A stretch of 64,000 nucleotides of DNA, taken from an uncultured delta proteobacterium (GTDB taxonomy: Bacteria > Myxococcota > Kuafuiibacteriia > Kuafuiibacteriales > Kuafuiibacteriaceae). Location of the stretch: contig CAWDML010000009.1 of NCBI GenBank assembly GCA_963803435.1, positions 128,001 through 192,000 on the forward strand, in the 5' to 3' direction. Both the position numbers and the translations under genes were made by a program. Below, piece after piece: positions 30,910 to 42,176 of this stretch. Within the stretch, counting starts at the first letter, position 1. Every line of letters starts with the position of its first letter. The notes beneath the pieces are model-generated. The model did not search any database and was not told the DNA's origin. It saw only the letters and a list, made by a program, of their open reading frames with translations.

Positions 30910-32117
30910 AGGATCTCGACATCGTCCTGTTCGGCGCGACCGGCTTCACCGGCCGGCTCGTCGCCGAGGTGCTCGTCGCCCACGCCGGCGGTGCCCGCTG
31001 GGCGGTGGCCGGGCGCAATCCCGCGAAGCTGGAGGCGCTGGTCGCCGAGCTCGGTTCGAGCGTCCCGATCCTGACGTGCGACGCGAGCGATCGCCAGGGC
31101 CTCTCGCGGATCGTCGAGCGCACGAAGGTGGTGTGCTCGACGGTGGGTCCCTACGCGCTTCACGGGACGCCGCTGGTGGAGGCGTGCGTCGAGGGCGGGA
31201 TCGGCTACTGCGACCTCACCGGTGAGTCGCACTGGATCCGGGAGATGATCGACCGCTTCCACGCGCGCGCCGTCGACACGGGCGCGAGGATCGTCCACTG
31301 CTGCGGCTTCGACTCCGTCCCCTCCGACCTGGGAGTGCTGATGGTCGCCGACCGGATGCAGGAGGAGCATCGGCGGAGGCTGTCGCGGGTGCGGGCGCGC
31401 GTGAAGCAGGCCGAGGGTCGCGTCTCCGGCGGGACGATCGCGTCGGCGCTGGGTATCGTGGAGGCCTCGCGAGATCCTGCGGTGCGGCGGATCGTGCTCG
31501 ATCCCTACTCGCTGGATCCAACCGGCGGCCGGCGCGGCGCCGATTCCACCGAAGCACTGCTCCCGCACCGCGACGCGGACCGGGGCCGCTGGACGGCACC
31601 CTTTCCGATGTCCTACGTGAACGCGCGGGTGGTCCGGCGGAGCAACGCGCTGCTCGAGTATCGCTACGGCGAATCGTTCCGCTACGACGAGGCGATCGAC
31701 ACCGGACGCGGGCTCCGGGGATGGAGCCGCGCGCTGGCGATCTCGCTGGCGATGGGCGGCTTCACCGCCGCCGCCGTCACGCCGGGCGTGCGCGGTCTAT
31801 TGAAACGATTTCTCCCCCGCCCGGGCGAGGGACCCTCGCGCGACGAGCGCGAGCGCGGGCGCTTCCGCTTCGAGCTGATCGCCGAGAGCGAGGGTACGCC
31901 GCCCCTGACACTCGTAGGTGTAGTGGCGGGCGAGGGCGACCCGGGCTATGCGGCCACTTCGCGGATGTTGTCGGAGTCCGCCCTCTCACTGGCGCTCGAC
32001 GGCGTACATGCGCGCGGCGTGCTAACCCCTGCTGTCGCCATGGGATCGGCGCTCATCGAGCGCCTCCGGCGGGCCGGAATGACCTTCGAGGTGGCGGAAG
32101 GCGTAGCCTCGCGCTGA
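30906..32117 (+). CDS. saccharopine dehydrogenase-like oxidoreductase
   Basis: DIVLFGATGFTG, STVGPYALHG, YCDLTGE, CCGFDSVPSDLG, GDPGYAATS. Confidence 0.92.
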   Translation: MKDLDIVLFGATGFTGRLVAEVLVAHAGGARWAVAGRNPAKLEALVAELGSSVPILTCDASDRQGLSRIVERTKVVCSTVGPYALHGTPLVEACVEGGIGYCDLTGESHWIREMIDRFHARAVDTGARIVHCCGFDSVPSDLGVLMVADRMQEEHRRRLSRVRARVKQAEGRVSGGTIASALGIVEASRDPAVRRIVLDPYSLDPTGGRRGADSTEALLPHRDADRGRWTAPFPMSYVNARVVRRSNALLEYRYGESFRYDEAIDTGRGLRGWSRALAISLAMGGFTAAAVTPGVRGLLKRFLPRPGEGPSRDERERGRFRFELIAESEGTPPLTLVGVVAGEGDPGYAATSRMLSESALSLALDGVHARGVLTPAVAMGSALIERLRRAGMTFEVAEGVASR

Positions 32118-32166
32118 TCAGCGACTTCAGGCGCTCCCGCATCGGCCGATAGGATCCTCGCGGGGT

Positions 32167-33613
32167 ATGAAGGGCCAGGCATTCGAGCGGTCGCGATCGG
32201 ACGACGCCGTGGTGGGTCAAGGCGAGCGCGGTCCTTCTCCGGAGCGGCTCCGCGCCATCGCGCTCAATCGTCTCAAGTCGCTCGGCATCCCCGCCTGGGT
32301 CGCGCACGGCTGGGCGCGGGGCCGGATCATCGTCAACCCCGATCGCTTCCGCGTCTATCCCGGCGTGCGGCTCCAGCCGGAGCAGGACTTCGTCGTCTAT
32401 CAGCACGCGTTCCTCGCCTTCCCCACGCCCTCTCCGCTGCAGCACCTCGGTGGCATCCGCTTCTACGAGGAGGAGAGTGTGCAGTCGTTGCTGGTCAGCA
32501 TCGAGCGTCGCTGGGCCGCTCTGATCGCAGGGACCGAGGCGGCGCTCTCCCGAGCTCGGGCGTTCTGTCCGGACGCCCGTCTCGACGCGCAGAGCTGGAT
32601 GATCGAGACCGTCTATCAGGACCGGATCGGCCGCGTGATCTTCCGCTTCGACGGGCGGCTCGCGATCCTCTACGCGTATGCGGTCGACGCCAAGGTCCTC
32701 GAGTACGGCGAGGGCGCGCGCCCGATCGCGCTTCAGCTCCCGGCCGAGCCCATCTCGATCGACGAGCATGTTCTGGCCCCGGCGGTTCGCGCGGCCCGTT
32801 CGCGCCTCGGCGTCGAGACCGAGCACGAAGACACCGGCCGGATCTCGCTGGATCTCCGCGTCCTCGGATCTCGCATCGATCGCCGGGGACGGTTCGGTGG
32901 TCGCCCACCCGGAGCTGCCCGGCAGCAACGATCTCGACTTCGATCTAAACGCGCTCAAGACCGGCGATCTCAAGGTCTATCCCGAGCAGGGCCGCAGCCC
33001 GGCGCCGGTGGAGCGCGTGGACGCCGGACATCTGTCGCGCCGGCACCCGCGCGAGCCCCAGAACGTGCCGGCCCGGATGACCTGGGACCGCGGCGAGGCC
33101 GGCGTGGTGCTGGCGGACATCTCGGCCGGCGGTGCGTTCGTCCGGGTGACAGCGCCCAACCTGCCCAGGCGCGGCGAGTCGGTCCGTCTCTGGGGCTTTG
33201 GAAAGCTCGCCGTGCTCGGAGAGGTCGCGTTCGTGCGACCCGAGGAGGAGGCTCACCTCTTCGCGACCGGAGCCGGCGTGGGCGTCTCCTTCGTCGTGGA
33301 GACGGACACGCAGCTCTCGACCGAGGCTCCGGTCTGCGCCCTCTTCCTCAAGGACTGGAACACGCGCCGCCGCGCCCTCTCAGCGGTGGACGAGGCCCGC
33401 TGTCTCCCTTTCACCGCCGACACCCTGGTCGAGCTCGCCGTCATCACGCTGCAGCTCGACGTGAAGCTCATCGTGCTCGACGAGTCGATCGTGGAGCGGG
33501 TGCGAGCGGCGCTCGGCCTGGAGGAGCGCGGGATCGCGGTGTTGGCCGTGCGAAATCCGACCGATCCCATCGACGCCTCCAAGGTGCGGGCGCGCCTGCC
33601 GACGCCGGCGTAG
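32167..33613 (+). CDS. PilZ-domain-containing protein (frameshift near 32880)
   Basis: RRHPRE...ADISAGGAFV...GVGVSF (PilZ RxxxR and DxSxxG) in the second frame, followed by a receiver-like tail. Confidence 0.7.
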
Positions 33614-33675
33614 GTCGGAAGGCTCCCATCCCACGCGCGTGTCGCTCTCCGGGCGGGACGCTCAAGCGAGGGGTG

Positions 33676-33691
33676 CGGCACGTCGATTGCG
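33676..33691 (+). promoter_or_regulatory. sigma54 (-24/-12) promoter of glnII
   Basis: CGGCACGTCGATTGCG = GG-N10-GC, close to consensus TGGCACG-N4-TTGC. Confidence 0.75.
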
Positions 33692-33703
33692 ACGGCGCTC
33701 CCC

Positions 33704-34726
33704 GTGAACATCTACAAAGCCGAGTACATCTGGATGGACGGGACCGAGCCCACGCCGTCGCTCCGGTCCAAGACGAAGATCGTGGAGGCGGGCCAGCCCC
33801 CGCCCATCTGGGGCTTCGACGGATCCAGCACGCGGCAGGCCACCGGCGGTGCCTCCGACTGCGTGCTCACGCCCGTGATGGTCGTGCCTGATCCGATCCG
33901 CGGGGGCGCGCCGAATCGCCTGGTCCTCTGCGAGGTGCTCACGCCCGACATGCGGCCGCACAAGAGCAACACACGCGCGAAGGTGGTCGAGCTTGCCCAG
34001 CGCTTCGAGCGACAGGAGTGCCTGTTCGGGATCGAGCAGGAGTACACCCTCTTTCGAGACGGCCGTCCGCTCGGATGGCCCGAGCAGGGCCTGCCGGCGC
34101 CGCAGGGACCGTACTACTGCAGCGTAGGGGAGAACGCGTTCGGGCGCGAGATCGTCGAGGCCCACATGGATGCGTGCCTCGGCGCCAACCTGGCCTACGC
34201 CGGCCTCAACGCAGAGGTGATGCCGGGACAGTGGGAGTTCCAGATCGGGCCGCTCGATCCGATCGCGATCGGCGATCAGATGTTGCTGGCGCGCTGGCTC
34301 CTGCTGCGCGTGGCGGAGGACTTCGGCGTCAAAGTGAGCTTCGACCCCAAGCCGGTCCAGGGCGACTGGAACGGCGCCGGCTGCCACACGAACTTCTCCA
34401 GCGTGGAGACGCGCGCCGACTGGAACGCGCTGATCCTCGCCTGCGAGGCCCTCGGGGCTCGCGCGGCCGCGCACATCGCAGAGTACGGGTCCGGCATCGA
34501 GGCGCGCCTCACCGGCCAGCACGAGACCTGCGCGTACACCGAGTTCCGCTACGGCGTGTCGGACCGCGGTGCCTCAATCCGTATCCCGTGGCACGTGGCT
34601 CAGGCCCAGCGCGGCTACCTCGAGGATCGGCGGCCGAACGCGAACTGCGATCCTTACCGCGTCGTCAAGATGATCGTCGAGACCGCCGGGCCGGTCCTCG
34701 CCGAAGCGGCTCAAAAAGTGGCATGA
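33704..34726 (+). CDS. glnII: glutamine synthetase type II
   Basis: 340 aa; AEYIWMDG, WGFDGSST, NAEVMPGQWEFQIGP, DWNGAGCHTNFS, GYLEDRRPNANCDPY. Confidence 0.95.
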   Translation: MNIYKAEYIWMDGTEPTPSLRSKTKIVEAGQPPPIWGFDGSSTRQATGGASDCVLTPVMVVPDPIRGGAPNRLVLCEVLTPDMRPHKSNTRAKVVELAQRFERQECLFGIEQEYTLFRDGRPLGWPEQGLPAPQGPYYCSVGENAFGREIVEAHMDACLGANLAYAGLNAEVMPGQWEFQIGPLDPIAIGDQMLLARWLLLRVAEDFGVKVSFDPKPVQGDWNGAGCHTNFSSVETRADWNALILACEALGARAAAHIAEYGSGIEARLTGQHETCAYTEFRYGVSDRGASIRIPWHVAQAQRGYLEDRRPNANCDPYRVVKMIVETAGPVLAEAAQKVA

Positions 34727-34798
34727 GTCCGCGCCCCTGCAGCACATCCTGCAGCCTTGACTCCGGCGAATCGCGGCCGCAGGCTCTTGCCTCGCGGA

Positions 34799-35512
34799 AT
34801 GCAAGCTAGGTTGACATCAGTGCTCCTCGCGCTCGCGCTCTCCGGTTGCGCGGGCACCTTCTACGAGGCCGCGGAGCGGGGCGATGCCTCTCGGGTCGGC
34901 TCGCTCCTCGACGATCGGCCCGGCCTGGTCGACGAGACCGACGGCCGCACGCTCTCGGCGCTCCACTATGCGGCCTCCGAGGGGCACGTCGACGTGGTCC
35001 GGCTGCTGCTGGACCGCGGCGCCGATCCCGGGGTCTCAGCGCTCGGGGGCATGACGCCGCTGTTTCTCGCCGCCGCCGGCGGTCACGCGGACGTGGTGAA
35101 GCTCCTCGTCGAGCGCGGCGCCGATCCGAACGCGCGCTCGCCCTGGAACCCGATGCGGGTCGCAGCGGGCGAGGGCCACACCGAGGTGGTGCGCGTGCTC
35201 CTCGCGCTCCACGGCGATCCGGAGGGGCACAACGTTCCACCCTTGATGGCCGCCGCCAGCACCGGGCACCTCGACGTGATGGAGTTGCTGGTGAAGGCCG
35301 GCGCCAAGGTGAACCGCGTGACGCTCGACGACTTCAGCTCCGCGCTCACGGTGGCCGCCTCCCGCGGCCAGATCGACGCCGTCGAGTGGCTGGTCGCCCA
35401 CGGCGCCAACGTCAACCACGACGACATGCAGGGTCGCACGGCGCTGATGCTGGCCGAGGAGAACAATCACCCGCAGATCGCGGAGATCCTCAAGCAGCAC
35501 GGGGCGAGGTAG
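34799..35512 (+). CDS. ankyrin-repeat lipoprotein
   Basis: LSGC lipobox; about six ankyrin repeats. Confidence 0.9.
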   Translation: MQARLTSVLLALALSGCAGTFYEAAERGDASRVGSLLDDRPGLVDETDGRTLSALHYAASEGHVDVVRLLLDRGADPGVSALGGMTPLFLAAAGGHADVVKLLVERGADPNARSPWNPMRVAAGEGHTEVVRVLLALHGDPEGHNVPPLMAAASTGHLDVMELLVKAGAKVNRVTLDDFSSALTVAASRGQIDAVEWLVAHGANVNHDDMQGRTALMLAEENNHPQIAEILKQHGAR

Positions 35513-35522
35513 CCCGGCGCGC

Positions 35523-37607
35523 TCACTCCGCCGCGAAGTTCTGCTGATTACCGCTGACCCGCAGCCGTTCGAGCAGCCGCTTGGGCTCGAACGTGATGCG
35601 GGCCCCCAGCTGGTTGTTCGTGACCATCCCATTGTCGAGGGCGGCGGAGTCGCGCGAGCCCAGGTCGAGCCCGGCGTCGTTGCAGCTCGAGACCGAGAAC
35701 CGCGAGACGCGGACCGTCGCCATGGCGTTGTTGTAGATGCCGCGGCCCCGCGGATAGCCCAGCATCGTCGGCGGGACGTAGCGTGCCTTGCCGTGCATGC
35801 GCAGGACGGTCAGATCCTCGACGTCGAGGTGGGTTCGCAAGAACGCGACCACGCCGTCGGCGGCTCCGTCGACGAGCGCGCGCCGGACCGTGAGAGACGC
35901 ATCCGAGAAGACGTAGAGCCCGTGGTCTCCGACCTCGACCGCGCTGACGTCTTCGACGGTGACCGAGGCGCGCTCGTTGGCGCAGAGGCCCTGGCGGAGC
36001 AGCTGCTCCAGGTGGACACGGCGCGCCGTCACCTGGGACGTCCCGAGCACGTTGAAGCCGCACTCGACGCCGAACGGGTCCGGAGAGTCGCCGTCCTGCT
36101 CGATCGTGACGTCCTCGAGATCGCCGCGCACGTCGCCGTAGGCGTACAGGCTCTGGCCGTCGACACCCGAGATCCCCAGGCGGTGGATCGTGCCGCTGGT
36201 CTCTTGTCCGAGCAGGAGCCCCTCGACGTAGGAGGAGGACCGCTGGGCCACGTCGGCGATCGTGAGGTCGTCGGCGGCGAGCGCGCTCCTGCCCAGGATC
36301 GTCATCCCCTCGGTCTCGAGATCGAACAGTGAGGCGCGCGCCAGCGTCACGCTCGAGCTGGTGGCCTCGAGCCCGCTGCCCGAGACCGTGTGCACCACCA
36401 GATCGGACAGGGACACCGTGGAGCTCACCGCGTTGATCCCGTGGATGGCACCTCGTTCGATCCATAGGCGCGTCAGCGCGGCGCGCGTGTCGGACATCGC
36501 CACGCCGGCGTTGGCGGTGTCCCGCACGATCAGGTCCTCGCCGGTCACCGTGGAGCGCTCGAGCGAGAGGCCCTGGGCGCCGGTGTGCGCGATCAGCACC
36601 CGCGCGAGCGCGGCGGATCCGTCCGAGACGGCCACGCCGGCGCCCTCGCTGTCCATGACCACGCTGTCCTCGATCGTGCCCTCGGCGCCGTCGATCTGCG
36701 CTCCGATCGCGCCGCCGCGGATCGTGACGCCCGCGAGCGAGAACGGCGCGGTGGCGCTCAGCCCGACGCCGCCGGCGCCGGGGTCGATCACGGTCTCGGC
36801 CGCACACGCGCCGACGAGGGTGAGGGCCCGGTCGATGGTGACGGTCCCGGCGTGCACACCCTTGGCGAGGGCCAGCGTGGCGCCCTCGGGCGCCGACGCG
36901 ATGGCGTCCTGGATCGTGGTCACGTTCGGATCCACCCGCACCACGTTGCCCGTGAGCCCCTCCGCATAGGATCCCTCGGGACAGAGCGACGCGAGGTCGC
37001 TCGGCTCGCAGACGATCAGCGACTCGAGGAGGCGCGCGGTCCATCCCGGAGGACAGGGCTCGAGCCGGGGCAATCGCGGCGGCTGGGCGCGCCGCGGTGG
37101 CGCCGGCGGGAGGACCGGGCACGGCACCGTGCAGTCCTCGAGCTCGACGCTTTGGGTGTCGAGATAGCACCCGCCGGCGCCGGCGCAGGCGTCGACGCTG
37201 AAGCCGGACATGCGAAACTCGGCCAACCGATCGGAGAGCCGATCGATCGCCTGCCATCGCACGAGCTCGCCGTCGCGGTTCGACTCGTACCCGACCAGGA
37301 ACGGAGGGAGGCTCCGCGCGGGCGGGGCGGCAGCAGGCGCGATCCGCCCGGGTGACAGCTGCATCGAGGCCAGGTCGTTCGGAAGATAGAGGAGCGTGAT
37401 CGCGGCGTCGGCGCCTGCGCTGAACGGACGGGTCAGCGGATCGCGCCCGGAGAGGTCCACCGCGAACACGTCGAGCGCGTCCCCGGCGAAGGCGACGATC
37501 GCGGACTGGGCGCCCTCGGGCGGCGCCGGCGGCGCTTCGATGGGCTGGATCGACTGGCAGCCGGCGACGAGGAGCAGTTGGAGAGCCGATCGCCGCCCGA
37601 GCCGCAC
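35523..37607 (-). CDS. lipoprotein with right-handed beta-helix repeats
   Basis: VAGC lipobox; TIQDAIASAPEGATLALAKG cap motif; beta-helix repeats. Confidence 0.8.
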   Translation of the reverse strand: MRLGRRSALQLLLVAGCQSIQPIEAPPAPPEGAQSAIVAFAGDALDVFAVDLSGRDPLTRPFSAGADAAITLLYLPNDLASMQLSPGRIAPAAAPPARSLPPFLVGYESNRDGELVRWQAIDRLSDRLAEFRMSGFSVDACAGAGGCYLDTQSVELEDCTVPCPVLPPAPPRRAQPPRLPRLEPCPPGWTARLLESLIVCEPSDLASLCPEGSYAEGLTGNVVRVDPNVTTIQDAIASAPEGATLALAKGVHAGTVTIDRALTLVGACAAETVIDPGAGGVGLSATAPFSLAGVTIRGGAIGAQIDGAEGTIEDSVVMDSEGAGVAVSDGSAALARVLIAHTGAQGLSLERSTVTGEDLIVRDTANAGVAMSDTRAALTRLWIERGAIHGINAVSSTVSLSDLVVHTVSGSGLEATSSSVTLARASLFDLETEGMTILGRSALAADDLTIADVAQRSSSYVEGLLLGQETSGTIHRLGISGVDGQSLYAYGDVRGDLEDVTIEQDGDSPDPFGVECGFNVLGTSQVTARRVHLEQLLRQGLCANERASVTVEDVSAVEVGDHGLYVFSDASLTVRRALVDGAADGVVAFLRTHLDVEDLTVLRMHGKARYVPPTMLGYPRGRGIYNNAMATVRVSRFSVSSCNDAGLDLGSRDSAALDNGMVTNNQLGARITFEPKRLLERLRVSGNQQNFAAE

Positions 37608-37627
37608 AGGCGGTCAGAGCATCTCTC

Positions 37628-40600
37628 TCATGGGAAGGTGATGTCGAGCGTGTAGTTGCCTTCGCGGACCACGCTGTCGGACGGCCGCCACGAGTCGACC
37701 ACGAGGTAGTACGTCTGCATCGCGCCCGAGCTGTTCGTGTAGCTGATCGTCTCCGGGTTGCCGTCGTCCTGACCCGCCACGCAGCTGGTCGCGGAGCTGG
37801 CGCAGTTGGTGATCAGGTACAGGGCCGCGTCCCACGTGGAGTCGAGGGTCGCGCTGATCGATCGACCGGCCGGAAGATCGATCCGGTAGACCGCGTCGGC
37901 GCCCGTCTGTGCGTATCCCGTGCAGCTCCCCGTGGCCGAGGTGGCGCCGTAGTCGGCAAGAAATCCCGAGGTGGTGCCGTGGAAGGTGCCGCCGTTGGGC
38001 GGGACCCGATAGGCGTCGGCGCAGGTGTCCCCGCCGTGGATCTCAGCGGTCAGGTTTCCCGTGCCGCTGGCGCCGTTGAAACCGTCGACGATGACCCGAT
38101 AGACGGCGGACTGCTGGAAGACGGGCGCGATCTCCTCGACGCCGCCCACGCTCGAGTCAGATCCGGCGATGCAGCTGCCGTTGATGTCGGCGCAGTTGGA
38201 GACCAGGTAGAGCGACGAGTCGAAGCCGCTCGAGGTGGCCTGCACGCGCAGCTGCTCGCCCGCGAACATCAGGATCTCGTACACGCGATCGGGTCCGCTG
38301 GCCGCGTAGCCGGTGCAGCCGCCCGAGTTCGGCGAGTAGTCGTTCACCTTTCCCTGGGTCGTATACGACTCGGTGCCGATCAGGAGCGGCGCGGCGTCGG
38401 CGCAGGTCTCGGCCGTGTATTGGGCCACCGTCAGATCGTGTGGGCCGCTCTCGTTCGCGTCGTACGCGTCGACGATGACGTAGTGCGGCCCGGCGGTCTG
38501 CGCGACGAAGCGGAGGAGCTCCGGCTCGCCGGTGAGGGCGGCGTCGGCGCCGGCGACGCAGCTCGAGAGGTTCCCGCAGTTCGTGACCGCGTACACCGAG
38601 CCGTCAACGGCGGCGTCGAACTCGGCGAGCACCTCCACCACGTCGCCGGCGGCGAGCGTGATCTGGTAGGCCTGATCCGGTCCCGAGGCGGCGTAGCCGG
38701 TGCAGCTGGTGGGAGGATCGTAGTCGTTGGCCAGGCCCGCGGTGGTGCTCTGGAACGAGCCTCCCCCTTGCGGGATCACGACCGGCTGCGCGCAGGTGTC
38801 ACCGCCGCTCACAGGAGGTGAGATCACGACGGAGAGGCTGAAGGGCCCGTGCGCGGTGCCGTAGCCGTCCGCGATCAGGAAGTAGGTGCGCGCCGAGAGC
38901 GCCGTGAAGTCGACGGTCTCCGGGTTGCCGCTGTCGTCGCCGTCGACGCAGGTCCCCGAGACGTTGGTGCAGTTTTCGACGAGGTAGAGCGACGCGTCCC
39001 AGGCGGCGTCGAGGCTCGCCTGCAGGCGCTCACCGGCCTGGAGCGACACGCGGTAGGCCACGTCGTTGCCGTTGGCGCTGTAGCCGGTGCATCCGCCGAG
39101 GCCGCTGGCGATCGGGGTGTAGTCGTTGGTCGCGTTGGTGGTGTCGCCGGTGAAGACGCCGCCCGCGGTGACGTCGATGGCCGAAGCGCAAGTATCGTTG
39201 GCGATCGGCGCTGCCGTGAGCGTGACCGTGAGCGAGAAGGCGCCGCCGGCGCCCGCAAAGCCGTCGACGATCAGGAAGTAGTCGCCCGAGGCGGCGGTGG
39301 TGTAGTCGATCTGCTCCGGGTTCCCGTTGTCCTCTCCGGCGACGCAGCTCTGCGCCACGTTCGCGCAGCTGGTGACCAGGTAGATCGAGGTGTCCCAGCT
39401 GGGTGTGCCCGGGCTGAGCGACGCCTGCAGGCGATCGCCGGCCTGCAGCGTCACGCGGTAGACGACGTCGGGCCCGCTCGAGCGATAGCCGGTGCAGGCG
39501 TTGGAGTCCTGATAGTCGTTCGTCGCCGTGAGCGTGTTGCCGGTGAACGTCCCGCTCTGAGAGATCACGAACGCGTCGGCGCACGTGTCGCCGACCGTCG
39601 AGATGACCATGATCGTCACCTGCGCCGTGGTGGTGCCGCCGGCGCCCACCGCGGTCAGCGTATAGGTCGTGCTCGTCGCCGGCGCCACGTTGACCGTGCC
39701 GGTGACGGGCCGCGAGCCCACGCCGTGATCGATCGTCACGCTGGTCGCGTTGGTGACCTGCCAGGACAGCGTCGACTGGGCGCCCGGCATGATCTGCTGA
39801 GGTGTCGCCGTGAACGTCATGACCTGCGGCGTTCCCACCGGGCTCACCGAGACCGAGACCTGCGCCGACGCCATCCCGCCCGGGCCCATCGCGGTGAGCG
39901 TGTACTGGGTGGGCTGCGTCGGGTTCACGACCGCCGATCCGTTGACCGGCTGCGTCCCCACGCCGTTGTCGATCACCACGCTGGTCGCGTTCTGGGTGGT
40001 CCAGGTGAGCGTCGACTGTCCGCCCGCGTTGATCGACGCTGGGCTAGCGTTGAAGGACGCCACCTGCGGCGGCGCTGCATTGACGGTGACGGTGACCGTC
40101 GCCATCGCGTCTGAGCCGCTCCCGTGGGCGTACAGCGTGTACGTGGTGGTCATCGTCGGCGTGACCTGGACCGATCCATTGGCGGGCAGTCCGTTGCCGA
40201 CGCCGTGGTCGATGTCGACCGAGGCGGCGCTCTGCGTGGTCCAGTTCAGCGTGGTCGTCCCGCCGGGCAGCGTCGCCTGCGGCTGGGCCGTGAACGCCGA
40301 GATCACGGGCTGGTTGGCGCCCGCCACGGTGACGACGACCTGGGCGGTGACCTGCTGGCCGTTTCCGAACGCCGTCAGCGTGTACGTGGTGGTCTGCGCC
40401 GGTGACACGAAGACGGAGCCCTTCGCCAGCTGCGCGCCGACACCCTGATCGATCGAGGTGCCCTCGACGTTGTCGGTGTCCCACGACAGCTCCGCCCTTC
40501 CGCCGGGCGCGATGGTGGTGGGGGTCGAGTCGAACCGCGTGATCGACGGATCTCCGCCGTCGAGGACGGTCACCGTCACCGAGGCGTTCGCCTGTCCGCC

Positions 40601-41365
40601 CGGACCGACCGCCGTGATCGAGTAGGTCGTGGTCTCGCTGGGCGTCACGTCGATCGATCCGGTCACGCCCTGCTGGCCGATGCCGTGATCGATCGTCACG
40701 CCGTCGCTGTTGGCGGTCTCCCAGGAGAGGGTGACGCGCGCGCCCTGCTGGACCGTCTGCGGCGAGGCGGTAAAGCGACGGATGAACGGCTGGTTGCCGC
40801 TCGCCACCACGACCGTGACCTCGCTCGGCTGGGACATCTGCATCCCGCGGTGGGCCACCAGCGTGTAGGTGGTGGTGACCTCGGGCGTGACCTGCAAGCT
40901 GCCTTGCGCCTCGTCCATCCCGAGGTCCGGCTCGATCGAGACCGCGTCCGCGTCGGTGGTCGCCCACTCGAGCATGGCCGACTCGCCCTGCATGATCGTC
41001 CGGGGGCTCGCGTCGAAGCTGGTGACTCGCGGGTTGTTGCCGACCACCTCGACGCTGACCTCGGCCGTGAGCCCCTCCGGGCCGCCGGGGACGGTGAGCA
41101 CGTAGGTAGTGCTCACGAGCGGCCGATCCTGCGCGGTGCCCTCCTGGGGCTGGAGGCCGATCCGAGGCTCGATGTCGATGGTCTCGGCGCCCGCGACCTC
41201 CCAGGAGAGGACCACCTCCTCGCCCAGCGAGACCGACTGGGGCGAGACCGTGAACCGCACGATGCGTGCCTTCTGCTCGATCGGCGGAGAGCCTCCGGAG
41301 CAGCCCACCAGGGCCGACAGCAGCAGAAGAATCGAGCAGGCGCACCCCGACCTGAGCATCGTCAC
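37628..41365 (-). CDS. 1245-aa surface lipoprotein: 7 Ig-like repeats plus 5 Cys-containing PPC-like modules
   Basis: LVGC lipobox; seven F..SP..I..G..L.W...TTYTL repeats; five (D/E)TCA...DY...CTGY...D..Y modules. Confidence 0.88.
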   Translation of the reverse strand: MTMLRSGCACSILLLLSALVGCSGGSPPIEQKARIVRFTVSPQSVSLGEEVVLSWEVAGAETIDIEPRIGLQPQEGTAQDRPLVSTTYVLTVPGGPEGLTAEVSVEVVGNNPRVTSFDASPRTIMQGESAMLEWATTDADAVSIEPDLGMDEAQGSLQVTPEVTTTYTLVAHRGMQMSQPSEVTVVVASGNQPFIRRFTASPQTVQQGARVTLSWETANSDGVTIDHGIGQQGVTGSIDVTPSETTTYSITAVGPGGQANASVTVTVLDGGDPSITRFDSTPTTIAPGGRAELSWDTDNVEGTSIDQGVGAQLAKGSVFVSPAQTTTYTLTAFGNGQQVTAQVVVTVAGANQPVISAFTAQPQATLPGGTTTLNWTTQSAASVDIDHGVGNGLPANGSVQVTPTMTTTYTLYAHGSGSDAMATVTVTVNAAPPQVASFNASPASINAGGQSTLTWTTQNATSVVIDNGVGTQPVNGSAVVNPTQPTQYTLTAMGPGGMASAQVSVSVSPVGTPQVMTFTATPQQIMPGAQSTLSWQVTNATSVTIDHGVGSRPVTGTVNVAPATSTTYTLTAVGAGGTTTAQVTIMVISTVGDTCADAFVISQSGTFTGNTLTATNDYQDSNACTGYRSSGPDVVYRVTLQAGDRLQASLSPGTPSWDTSIYLVTSCANVAQSCVAGEDNGNPEQIDYTTAASGDYFLIVDGFAGAGGAFSLTVTLTAAPIANDTCASAIDVTAGGVFTGDTTNATNDYTPIASGLGGCTGYSANGNDVAYRVSLQAGERLQASLDAAWDASLYLVENCTNVSGTCVDGDDSGNPETVDFTALSARTYFLIADGYGTAHGPFSLSVVISPPVSGGDTCAQPVVIPQGGGSFQSTTAGLANDYDPPTSCTGYAASGPDQAYQITLAAGDVVEVLAEFDAAVDGSVYAVTNCGNLSSCVAGADAALTGEPELLRFVAQTAGPHYVIVDAYDANESGPHDLTVAQYTAETCADAAPLLIGTESYTTQGKVNDYSPNSGGCTGYAASGPDRVYEILMFAGEQLRVQATSSGFDSSLYLVSNCADINGSCIAGSDSSVGGVEEIAPVFQQSAVYRVIVDGFNGASGTGNLTAEIHGGDTCADAYRVPPNGGTFHGTTSGFLADYGATSATGSCTGYAQTGADAVYRIDLPAGRSISATLDSTWDAALYLITNCASSATSCVAGQDDGNPETISYTNSSGAMQTYYLVVDSWRPSDSVVREGNYTLDITFP

Positions 41366-41419
41366 AGTGTATCGGCAGGCGACGCCTCGGGGTGCGGATT
41401 TCCTCGTATGGCCGGGAAC

Positions 41420-42112
<693 letters not shown>

Positions 42113-42176
42113 CGAGGGTCTCGATAGCCGGGGTGCGGTGTTGCCGCAAGCGGGTGGATGCTAGAGTGTACAGCCG

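Noticed and set aside
37628-41365. Repeated DNA segments as possible DGR or recombination cassettes
   Set aside because: Repeats are diverged in-frame protein domain repeats, not near-identical cassettes.
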